From Callorhinchus milii (lineage: Eukaryota), in the NCBI RefSeq assembly GCF_018977255.1, contig NW_024704742.1:70248001-70312000 (forward strand): 64,000 nt of DNA, written 5' to 3'. A model generated the notes under the pieces. The model saw only the letters and a list, made by a program, of their open reading frames with translations, ran no database searches and was not told the origin of the DNA. Shown piece by piece: positions 53,175 to 64,000 of this stretch (position 1 is the stretch's first letter; each line of letters opens with the position of its first letter). The position numbers were made by a program, and so were the translations under genes.

Positions 53175-54185
53175 CAACAACAACTTACACTTATATAGCG
53201 CCCTCCATGCAGGGTAGCGTCTCAGAGCACTTAACAGTGGCGGAGCCTGACTCCGAGCCAGTGGGGGTGGGAAGGTGAACGTAAGCACTGTCGAAAGGGA
53301 AGGTTTTCAGACGGGACTTGAAAAAGGAGAGAGAGGGGGCAAGGCGGGGGGATTGAGGGAGTGTTCCAGAGTTTGAGGGTGTAGTGGCTGAAAGCGCGAC
53401 CTCCAAAGGTACAGCAGAGGGTACGAGGAACGAGTAAGAGGCCGGTGCCAGTCGAGCAAAGGCACCGGGTGGTGAATTGGAGAGTGAGGAGGTTGGAGAG
53501 GTAGGGAGGTGCCAGAGAGTGAATAGATTTGAACATGAGTGTGAGGATCTTGGAAGTTGATCCATTTGGTGATGGGGAGCCAGTGGAGCCTGACCAGAAC
53601 CGGTGAGATGGGGGTACGTAGGTTGATCCGGGTCATTATGTGGGCAGTAGAGTTCTGAATGAGCTGGAACTTTTGAATAGTGGAGATGGGGAGACCGGCG
53701 AGGAGTGCGTTTGAATAATCCAGGCAGAAGGTGACAACCGCATGCACAAGAGGTTCGGCTGCATTTGGTGTAAGGTTCGGTTGGAGGAGGGCAATATGGT
53801 GGAATTGGAGGAAGGTGATCCTGGTCAGGGACCGGATGTGGGGGAGGAAGGACAGCTGGGGGTCGAACCGGACGCCTAGATTGCGCACTGGTTCAGTAAG
53901 TCTGAGGGAGAGCCCAGGGAGGTTGAGGAGTTCAGATCCGCAGGAGTGAAGACGTTGATGGAGCCAAAAAGTACGGCTTCCGTCTTGTCCACATTCAGCT
54001 GCAGAAAGTTTACACTCATCCAGGCCTTGATGTCTGCCAGACAAGCTGATAGAACATTGGCGGACCTGGAGTTGATGCTGGAGGAGTCAGCTTAGATTTA
54101 TGTGTCATCTGCATGCGTGAGGAAGTTTACCCCGTGTTTGTGGATGACATCGCCCAGAGGGAGCATATAGATGAGGAAAGGAGTA
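53175..54185 (-). mobile_element. L2 fragment (ADDT to 3' tail)
   Basis: RNLGVRFDPQLSF, LDYSNALL and LHWLP peptides with a (TTG)n tail. Confidence 0.85.
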
Positions 54186-57100
54186 GGAACAAGGAGTGAG
54201 AAAGCTGAATCCAAAAATAAAATGTGGAGTCCCATAAGATAGTGGTTAACACAGTCGCCTCCCAAGCCAGAGGACGTGGATTTGATTCGCAGGATTGGTG
54301 AAACCTTAGACAAGTTTCCTTACTTACTACACATGCCTCTGTTTACCTCGCAGTAAATAGGAACCAGGTTGTCACTTGGCAGATCGCTTTCCGGGGGGGT
54401 AATGATCCCTCAAAAAAAAAATTGGTCATTCAATCCAAGACTGTTTCTGGGACACTGCTCTGCGCAAATGGCTGGCACGTTTCCATACAAATACACAGTC
54501 GATCCACATTACAGTATATTCTCCATGATGTGATAACAACAACAAAATTACATTTGTATAGCGCCTTTCACGTTTATAAGGTGCTACATCAAATGCAAGG
54601 ATTATTATAATATTATTATTGTTATAAAATAAAGAGAAAATCATTGTTTGAGTAATTTTAAGGCCTTTTTGATACTCCGGTTTTGCTTCATTTCAGCATT
54701 TTAACTTGCACTTATAAAGCACCATTCATGAAATAAATGTCTCACAGTGTGTTTTTTTTGGTCAGCCAGGTGTCTGACACTATGCTTAGTGAGTATCCAA
54801 ACCAAATAAGAGTTCCACAAATTCTAGCTATGCATGGAAATTCTAGTTAAAGAACTTTACAAAGTACAATTGATCAGAAACAAAGTGAATTTTGTTACAT
54901 AGGCAAATGCGAACATCCCACAAACAACAATAAGAGTCCAGCATAGTGGTTAGAGCACTTGCCTCGCAAGCGAGAGGATCCGGGTTCGATTCATAGGCGG
55001 GTCAAAACCTTAGTCAAGTTTCCTTACTCCACACACCTCTGTAAATAGGAACCCGGCTGTTAGTCAATGGGGCAGATTCCTTTCCGGGGCACATAATAAC
55101 TTCAAAAAAATATAATAATAATTTGGTCACTCAATCCACGACTGTTTGTGGGACACTGCTGTGCGCAATTGGCTGCTTCTTTCGCCCACAAATATAGTCA
55201 ATTGACTTTATAGTATATTCTGTTGAAGCGCTCAGAGATGTCTCACCAACTTGATGAAGTGTATATCAAATGCGAGCATTATTATATATTATCATTAAGA
55301 CGAGCAGCGAATGCATTTGAATTTATGTGGTGAATTTGGATAAGGAAGAAAGAAAAATAAGCCAGGATAAGGCAGGAGAAAAAAAACTAGAGCTTTTTTG
55401 AAACAGCAGCGGTGGAGCTGTCCTTTTATATCCACCTCAATGTAATAACACTCCTTACATTTGGTACAGCATCTTCCACATTGAGAGAATATCTCAAATC
55501 GCTTCACAGGATATACTACTGTAAGGTGCAGCGACTGTTTTTGTGGGTGAATGCTGGAACTAATTTGCACACAGCAATATCCCACAAACAGCCATGAATG
55601 AGAGCGACCAATTTTACTGGGGGGATTGTTGGCCAGGACACCGGGAAAGAGAAACACTCTTCTCTTTTTTTAATAGCACTGCAGGATGTCCTTACTCCAC
55701 ACGCCTGATAATAATCCCTCAAGAAAAAAAAGCAATAACACTCAATCCACGACTGTTTGCGGGACACTGCTGTGTGCAATTGGCTGCTGCGTTTCACCCA
55801 GAAATATACAGTCAATTCACTTTACAGTATATTCTGTGAAACGCTTTGAGACATCTCGAAGACGTGAAAAGCTCTGTATCAAATGCAAGGATTATTATTA
55901 TTATCTCTAACATGCACCCGAATGGATGGGACCTTGGTTTATAAAGCTGACAGAAACAATCCAAAAATGGGGTGAAAATCTGGAAACATATTAAACTTAT
56001 AATAATAGTTGCATTTGATATAGCACCTTATCACGTCTTTGAGATGTCTCAAAGGGCTTCACAGAATATACTGTCAAGTGAATTGACTGTATTGTTTGTG
56101 GGTGAAATGTGGCTCCCAATTGGCACAGCAGTGTCCCACACACAGTCGTGGATTGATGTATGTGTGTATATATATATATATATCATAAAATGTGTAAATT
56201 GTAGTCTCGACAGCGGATGAAGTAAATTTTTAAAAATGTATTTGATGTTGATTTGTCAACGACAGCCACCAAATCATTGCAGTGGTTGCTGGAAATGAGC
56301 CCAATGAAAACACTGGCATCACACTTAAATACCAACACATGGTACAACTATGGGATTGTCATTAACATACCATCAGGAGGTTGGAGCTAAAAACAGATCA
56401 GTTTTCTGACACACCCAGGACAGGGGCGGAGACGTGCCTTGCAGGCTTTTTACATAGCTTCTTTCAGCACCACTGAGCAGCGAAGACAGAGGCAGTGTGT
56501 TTACAGTGATAGTGTGTCAACATTGCACTCCCACTTTAGACATCAGCCCGCTAGCTATTTGGATTCATTAAAGTGCCACCCTTCAGTTGTGGACATGTGC
56601 CTTCGCTCTTCAAATATTTTTCTTCAGTGATGGTGAAGAGGGAACGCAAATATAGAGATTTGGAGCAGGAGGAGGCCATTCAGGCCTTCGAGCCAGTTCC
56701 ACAATTTTAACAAATCACAGCAGATCTTTTAAATACCATTTCTCTGCGTTCTTGTCTCCACCTGTTCAGGTGGATGTTAAAAATCTTCCCGCACTACTCG
56801 AAAAGAAAAGGAAGTTTCTCTCTCCCAGTGTCCTGGCCGCCAATCTCCCAGACAATATTGGCCAATGGCTGTTGTGGGATGTTGCTGTGTGCAAATCGAC
56901 TGCCACGATCACCTACAAAATACACACTTTATGGCGAATCCAGTGAAGCGTTTTGAGACAGCCTCCTGACATGAAAGGAGCTGTATCAAATGCAAGGATT
57001 ATTATTGTAACCTCCTTCCCCAAACCCTGGGGAACCTACACTGTACATACGATGCTCCTTGGCTCTGATGCCTTTCTTACAATCCAGGAAGTTTCCTAAC

Positions 57101-59279
57101 AGTGATCATATAAATAGACTTTACCCACTTGTAGCAATAATTAAAGCAACACTGCAACACTGTAACATAGCAACTCAGCAAATCTTATCTTGTGACGATT
57201 ACCAATCCAGGACACACATTCAACAGCTGATCGACAGCAGAATTTTAGTGCTTTCCAACCAACAGCCGCAGTCAGTGTATTGTTAATCGAGCGCATCTGT
57301 GCATTTCTAAAATCCTAATACTGTACTACAAAACAACTTCACGTGAATAGCCTCTTTCTTGTACATTACAATTTAGATTTAAATACAACCTTTTATGGCG
57401 GTAGGACATCCCATACTGTTTTTGCTCGCCTCACAAGCGAGCGGCCCTGTGTTCGATTCCCGGGCAGGGTGAAACCTTAGGCAAGTTTCCTGGCTCTACA
57501 CACCTCTGTTTACCAAGCAGCGAGTAGGAAACCCGGTTGTTAGTCGATTGTCGGATCACCCACAATATATACAGTCAATTCAATTTACAGTATATTCTGT
57601 GAAGAGCTTTGAAATGTCTCAACGAAATGATCAGGCGCTATGTCAAATGCAAGGAATATTATTTTTATTATTGTACCCAGCTGGCTGAGCACTCAAGGCT
57701 GGGGGTGGGAAGAAAGCGCAGTCAAAGATGTGCATCTTGAAGTGGGTTCCAAAGTGGGGAGTAAGTCAGAGGGGCTCCAAGTTGGTTTTCCTGAGGATGG
57801 CGGCAGGATGGCTGAAAGCACATGAGCCGGAGGGAGGACATGAGGCATGCCGGTGTTTTCTAAGTACTGCAGGAAGTTGCAGAGGTCTAGTGGGACAGCG
57901 CCATGCAGCGATATGTACCTGATGACAAGGATCAGCACCTCAAAGCACTTTACAAAGACATCTCCAAACAGAGAGGGAAGTTTGATAGCTTGAGTGTTGA
58001 CCAAAGACACCCAGAGATAACATCTTAATGAGGGTTTGAAGGCAGAGATAAAAGGAATTCCAGTACTGCGTTTCAGAACTCTGAAGTGTAGTAACTGAAG
58101 GTTAAGCCATAGAGGGAAGGAGAAATGAGTTGATCAGAGTCAGAGGAATAGAGGGCACGGGCAGGAGAATAGGGCCGCAGGACATGGCAGCAGTGGGGTG
58201 AGTAAGATTGTGAAGGGATTTGATTGGCGTTGATCTGGGAGAAACTGGGAGCCAGCGGCACAACATTCAAATTATGGAAAGTACAGAAAATAACAATAAT
58301 AATGTTTGCCTTTGATATAGCACCTCATCGTGTCGTTGAGACATCACAAGTGCTTAACAGAATATACCGTAAAGTGAATTGACTGTATATTTTGTGGGCG
58401 AAACCCGGCAGCCAATTGCACACAGCAGTGGGGCTACAAACAGTCTTAGATTGAGTGACCAAATCATTATTTTTTTTGAAGGGATTATTACCCCCGGAAA
58501 AGCAATACATCGGACTCAAGTCCTTTCATATTCAGTGCGAGTGCTCTAATCAATACTCTACAGGATTCCAAAATGGGCCGTACACACAAGAGGATGGCCA
58601 TTTTCCACTGGAATTTCCAATGTCCAATGAAGAGCTCGAGCTCTAAACCATGGCCTGAGGGAACGAGGTGTGAGTGACGGGTGGCAAGACTAGACTGGCT
58701 GCAATGGTATGCAGCTGGAGGAACAGAGGCAAGAACTGAGCCAAATGGACACCCAAATTAAACACAGTCCATGGAGTCTATAAAATTCCCTCTAGCTCAC
58801 ATGCAGTGGATCCATAGCTTTGCTCAATGCAGGTTTAACATTCCAGGCATGTATGTCAATACGTATGTCACTTGTTGACTTCATAATAACAATAATAATC
58901 CTTGCATTTGATATAGCGCCTCATCACGTCTTTGAGACGTCTCAAAGTACTCCACAGAATATCCTGTGAAGTGAATTGACTGTAAGTTTATGACTTACAA
59001 CAACATGACCAAGCAAATAGAGAAAAACTATTTCCTTTCGTTGGAAAACTGGTGAAAAATAGGGCTTCCTTCATTCAGGGGGTTGCTGGGGTGTGGAATT
59101 CATCACACACAAGTGGCTATTGAGGCTGAATCAATGGAATCATTCAGAAGGAACTGAACACGAGTTATTAATAAAGTTATGAAAAGACATGTGGGGAGAT
59201 TGAAAGAAAGTTCCCCATATATAAATAAATTCAAATCCCTCCTACCCTAGATATGTAAACCAGCCAATCGCACAATACT

Positions 59280-59720
59280 GTATATGCATATATAATTAGT
59301 GTAAAATAAGCCTTACACACCATATACACACTATACATACAACAGATATAAATGAGCAGAGACTCCACATATATACATACTTGCATATAAATGTAGTACT
59401 TAGTGTGTATATATATACACACACACAATCAATCACCTATTTCTCTTCCTCAATGCATACAAAATACACTAATTGCATTTGTCACATGCACATAAGCTCA
59501 CATAACATCCCTTTACAAATATGTATGTAAAGTAGCTTGCATTTATATAGTGCGTAGATAAGGATACATAAAATAATCCTTTGCATGTGTGCATATATAG
59601 AGTATATAGTGCGCATAGTTCATACATAGTATGCACACATCTACACATATTGTATTGTGTGTGCATGTATAGACAGTAAATATGTGTTGTGTATATATAA
59701 AAAAGTTGTATATAAATAGG
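59280..59720. repeat. Degenerate (TA/CA/TG)n low-complexity tract
   Basis: Direct inspection; a similar (CA)-rich tract lies at 36880-37025. Confidence 0.75.
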
Positions 59721-59839
59721 TGACCTCGCTCTGTACCAGAAAGGAGCATTATGTGGGTCACTCTGTACAGACTGTGTGTACTCTGTGATGGTTAGTCACT
59801 CTATGCACGATCTCTGTGTACAGACACTGTTATACCTCG

Positions 59840-60632
59840 AGTGCTGACGGTATCTCCCTCCATGGATGCACTCTACACCTCACGGAGCCAATGCAGAACC
59901 TCGGCATTCTGTGCGGCCCTCAACTGTACTTCATCCCCACATCTGTGCCATGATCCACTCCGCCTTACCCCACTTCTGCAACATTGCCAAGCTCCGCCAC
60001 TGCAGGCCACAGAGACCCTCATCCACACATTCATTAAATCCAGGCTTGACTATGCAAACTCCCTGCTTGTCGGCCTCCCCAACTCCTCCCTCCACAGGCT
60101 GCAGATCATCCAGAACTCTGCAGTCCATGTCCTCTCCTGCATCAAGCTCTGTGACCCTATCACCTCCATCCTCGTCCGGCTCCACTGGCTTCTCATCACA
60201 CAAGAGGCTACAGTTCAAGATCCTGGTCCTCACCTTCAAAGCCTTCCATGGCCTTGGTCCCCCCCCTACCTCTGTGACCTCCTAACCTTCTACCAACCTG
60301 TCCGCTGCGTCCCCTCAGTGAGCTCCAGCCTGTTTCACGTCCCCCACCTCGCTTGCCCCACTATTGGCGGGGTATTCAGCCTCTCTGCCCCCACACTCTG
60401 GAACTCCATCCCACAGTCCCTCCGCCTCGCCCCCTCCCTTGCCTCCTTCAAAACCCATCTCAAGACCATCCTGTTCGACCGTGCCTTAGGGCACCCTCCT
60501 ACTCCTACCCTCCCCGCCTTCCACCCCTCCTGATACCAACCACCAGCTTGAGTGTGGATCCCTAACTGTCCAGCACCTTGGGACGTATTCCTGACATGAA
60601 AGGCTCTATACAAACGTAATTTGTTGTTGTTA
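59840..60632 (+). mobile_element. L2 3' fragment
   Basis: SRLDYANSLL, QNSA, LHWL and APTLWNS peptides; ttgttgttg tail at ~60620. Confidence 0.85.
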
Positions 60633-61399
60633 TTCTTTATCAGGCTCTGTGTGTACAGACTGGCACTGTGCGTGACACTTCTACAGGCTGTTATCCTAAC
60701 ATATCACTCTGCACAGACACTGGAGATATAAACTCAGCTCTTGTTAACCCTACAAACCAAAGCCCAAATGGGTGGTAGTAACTGGACAAGCAACGGGAAA
60801 GCTAGTCAGAAAGCAATATCAACAACAACAACAACTTGCATTTATATAGTGCCCTCCATGCAGAGAAGCTGTATAAGTATAGCTATATCAATGGCTAGCC
60901 ATGCAGTTTTAGCTGGTTAGACTCCAGCAGTTACCCCAACGCACACTCTGGGGACCCCAAGCCTTGGCTCCTGCCAACGGTGCCTCATACCTTCCGAAAT
61001 TAGGTAAACAGTCGTTCCAATCCAACAACCTATCTCTGGGATTTCCATGTGTCGGTCGGATGCATGGAATTCTCAGCTTGATTTGGATACTCTTAAGCAT
61101 AGAGATGGGTTTTCATGTGTCAGACACCCGGCCGACCAAAAAAAAACATATAGATCACTCTGTGTACAGATTCTGTGTCAGTCACTGACCTGCTGTTGGT
61201 GGCTGGATGATGGTTGTGGGGTCTCTGAATCCTCTGTGTTTTCACATCACATTATAATCACATTACATTATGTATAAAAAACACAATAAAAGCTGTTTCT
61301 CCTGCCCGCCTGAACCAGAGGCTGCCTCCCTCTGCCCCACCCCACATTATACACCAAACACTAGCACAGACAGACAGACAGACAGAAAGAGAAGTAATA

Positions 61400-62620
61400 A
61401 CTAACAGGAGATGGCCACCAGCCACCCGTAGCCACACTCTCCCCCGGTGTCTCTCTCGCTCTCTAAACCCGTTCCTGGTCTCTCTCCCGCCCTCTCGTTC
61501 TTGGCTCTTGCCCCTCTGCTCTCTCTCGCTCCCTCTCCAGTCCTCGGTCCCCAGGCTCCTCTCTCTCTCTCTCTCGGCTCTAAACAACAACAACAACAAC
61601 AACATGCATTTATACAGAGCCCTTCCTGCAGGGTCGCGCCTTGGAGCGCGGTCTCTCTCTTTTCCCCCCGCGCTCCAGTCTCCTGCCCCCGAACTCTCTC
61701 TCTCGTCTCTCCCCGGTCCTCGGTCCCGGAGTCTCTCTCTTTCTCTCTCCGTCTTTGGGCTCTGAGCAACAACTTGTCTTCAGGTCGTGTCCTTCACCCC
61801 CGGGGGGGGGTCACGTCTCGGAGCGCTCTCCCTCCCTCTCCCTCTCCCTCTCTCTCTCTCCTTTCTTCGCTCTAAGCCATCGGTGGCCCCAACAAAATAC
61901 TCAACAGAAATGACATAGAAAAAAAAATCACAGATTTTGAAACGAGAGATAGTCAACCAACACCACATGAATATCTATCCCCGACCAAACACAGGGGGGG
62001 GGGAGGGGGGGGTAAAAAAACACTGCTCTCTCTCTCTCTCTCTCTCTAGGCCTCGATCCCCGGCCTCTCCCAGGTCTGACCCCCCCAGTCCAGGCTCTCT
62101 CTCTCTGTCTCTCTCTCTAGGCCTCGATCCCCGGCCTCTCCCAGCTCTGACCCCCAGTCCAGGCTCTCTCTCTCTCTCTCTCTGTGCCCAGACCCCGCTG
62201 CCTGGCTGTGCTGTGCTCTGTGCTGTGCTCTGGGCTGTGCCTCTCTCTCTCTCTCTGTCGCGGCTCCGGGGCGGCCACACGCTCAACTGTACTCTGTAGC
62301 CCAAAGTCCACCGAACACGAGCCCCAAAAACAGCCCAACGGCCGACGTCGTCTCGTAGGCGCGTCACTTTATCGCCCAAATATAGCCCAATGGTCTACGT
62401 CACCGCCTCTCGACGCGACATGTAGAACCCAAACAACGAGCCCGAAACGTAGCCCAAATTAGCGCCCTGTGTTACGTCATCCTCGCGCGCGTGTTGTTAT
62501 AGCCCAAAGTAGCCCAATCTCATACGTCGCCTCCAAGGAGCGTCACATTGTAGCCCAACACAAGCGCCAAACGAGCCCAAGACTATTGCTCATCAGTGCT
62601 TATGTGCAAACTGTGTGTAA
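61400..62620 (-). promoter_or_regulatory. CpG-rich probable promoter / non-coding first exon region of the helicase gene
   Basis: Marked CpG enrichment, densest at 62260-62580, in an otherwise CpG-poor window. It lies upstream of the first coding exon, which has its own acceptor. Contains CGTCA half-CRE sites and AGCCCAA repeats. Confidence 0.6.
62042..62182. repeat. Two tandem ~70-bp units joined by (CT)n
   Basis: CTAGGCCTCGATCCCCGGCCTCTCCCAG..TCTGACCCCCAGTCCAGGC occurs twice. Confidence 0.85.
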
Positions 62621-63388
62621 AAAAGGGTCTTCCAGGGGTGGGTGGGAACAAACGGTTTAAGTTTAACAATAATATAATTAGACATGGCCTAAAATCCCCT
62701 TTTCATGCACAAAACCAGCGGCCGCCACCTTCTCATTAAAGGGGACGTGTACGCCCCGATTCAGTGTCGGCAGAGACCCTGCCCCGCGGGAGGAGGGAGA
62801 CCTCGCTTTAACATCTCATCTGAAGGACAACACCTCTGACAGCGCATCACTGCGCTCGAGTGTCAGCCTGGACTGTGAGGGCCAAGTCCCAACCTGGGGC
62901 TGGAACCCACAATCTTCTAACTCATGTGCGAGCGCTACCCAGAGAGTCCCCACTGACACACCATTGACAGAACAAGAGACGGAGTTTGATGCTTTGGTAA
63001 ACAGGTCACCAAACCCGTTGAGACGGGTTCCCAATATTACCATTTTTGTCCTTCAGGTTTTAGCTGCTATACACACCCCCCCCAGCAGAGTGAGCTCCGA
63101 CATAACAGGACACCAGAAACACTTCAATTGTGTCCTGTTCTATTATAATGATAAGCCTTGCAGTTGATGTAGCGCCTTATCACATCTTCGACGTCTCAGA
63201 ACGCTTCACATAATATACTGTAAAGTGAATTGACTGTGTGTGGGCGAATTATAATAATGCACCATATGATACAGTGCCTTTCTCATGTTGGGAAGAAGTC
63301 ACAAAGCAATTCACTAGGGTGTGTACTTACTGTGTATTTTGTTGTTGAACGCAACAGCCTATTTGCGCACAGCAACATCCCACATCAT

Positions 63389-63835
63389 TGTCAGCCTGGC
63401 TCAGTCAGTAGCACTTTCACTTCTGAGTCAGGAACTTGTGGGTTCAAGCCCTGCCCTTACGTCAGGACTTTGAGCTCACAGTCTAGACTGATGTTCCAGT
63501 GCAGTGCTGTGGGGAGCACTGCGTTGGCAAAGGTGCTGTCCTTCAGGTGAGACATCAAACCAAGGTCCCGTAAGTCTATTCACATTAAATATCCTGTGGC
63601 ACTACTCGAAAAGAGAAGAGAGTTTCTCTCCCCCTGTCCTGGTTGACAATCCCCCAGATACAATTGATCACTAACTCCATGGCTATTTGTGGGACATTAC
63701 TGTTTGCAAACCGGCTGCCGCATTTTGCTACAAATTACACAATCATTCCACTTTACATTAGATCTTGTGAAGCGCTTTGAGATGTCTCAACAATATGATA
63801 AGGCGCTGCATCAAATGCACAAATTGTTATTAATA
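63389..63835 (+). mobile_element. Second Deu-type SINE family (GTCAGCCTGGCTCAGT head)
   Basis: Box A TGGCTCAGTCAG, box B GGTTCAAGCC, longer Deu-like body, same core and tail. Other copies at 7750-8192 (-), 3958-4520 (+, split by a SINE) and 62805-62965 (-). Confidence 0.75.
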
Positions 63836-64000
63836 AATATAACAACACCTTGTATTTATACAGCGCCTTTCACATAGGGTCATGGCTGATTGTAGGACAT
63901 TGCTGTGTGCAGATTGGCTTCTGCGTTGTCCTATAAATACACAGTCACTGCATACAACAGTACATCCTGTAAAACGGTTTGAGACGTCCTGCTGACGTGA

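Noticed and set aside
61258..62462. Arg/Glu- and Ser/Leu-rich ORFs in the CpG-rich region
   Set aside because: Products of (CT)n/(GA)n low-complexity sequence, with no recognisable domain.

Overview
Eukaryotic, repeat-dense vertebrate genomic DNA. The Deu-type tRNA-SINEs, L2 and CR1 LINEs suggest a cartilaginous fish, possibly a chimaera (inference). One protein-coding gene can be fully rebuilt on the minus strand: a DEAH/RHA-family helicase of the DQX1/DHX32 subfamily, closer to DQX1. It has 11 coding exons from ATG 50586 to TGA 17946, all GT-AG with consistent phases, giving 2295 nt and 764 aa. A probable ~2.8 kb 3'UTR ends near 15150, and a CpG-rich probable promoter lies at ~61.4-62.6 kb. 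The protein has DDAH at motif II, eroded motifs Ia/III/V/VI and a C-terminal CaaX box (CLLQ). Most of the rest is retroelements: two tRNA-derived SINE families, many L2 fragments including a ~3.3 kb EN+RT copy, and CR1 fragments. There is also a ~620-nt A-tailed, hairpin-rich, non-tRNA retroposed element in ~14 copies, one flanked by a 10-bp target-site duplication. Other notable items: an AGCCCAA/CGTCA motif array in the promoter, duplicated ETS-CRE hairpins in the 3'UTR, an intronic foldback duplication, and a SINE that appears to supply an intron branch point. Most short ORFs in the track are repeat-derived or spurious.
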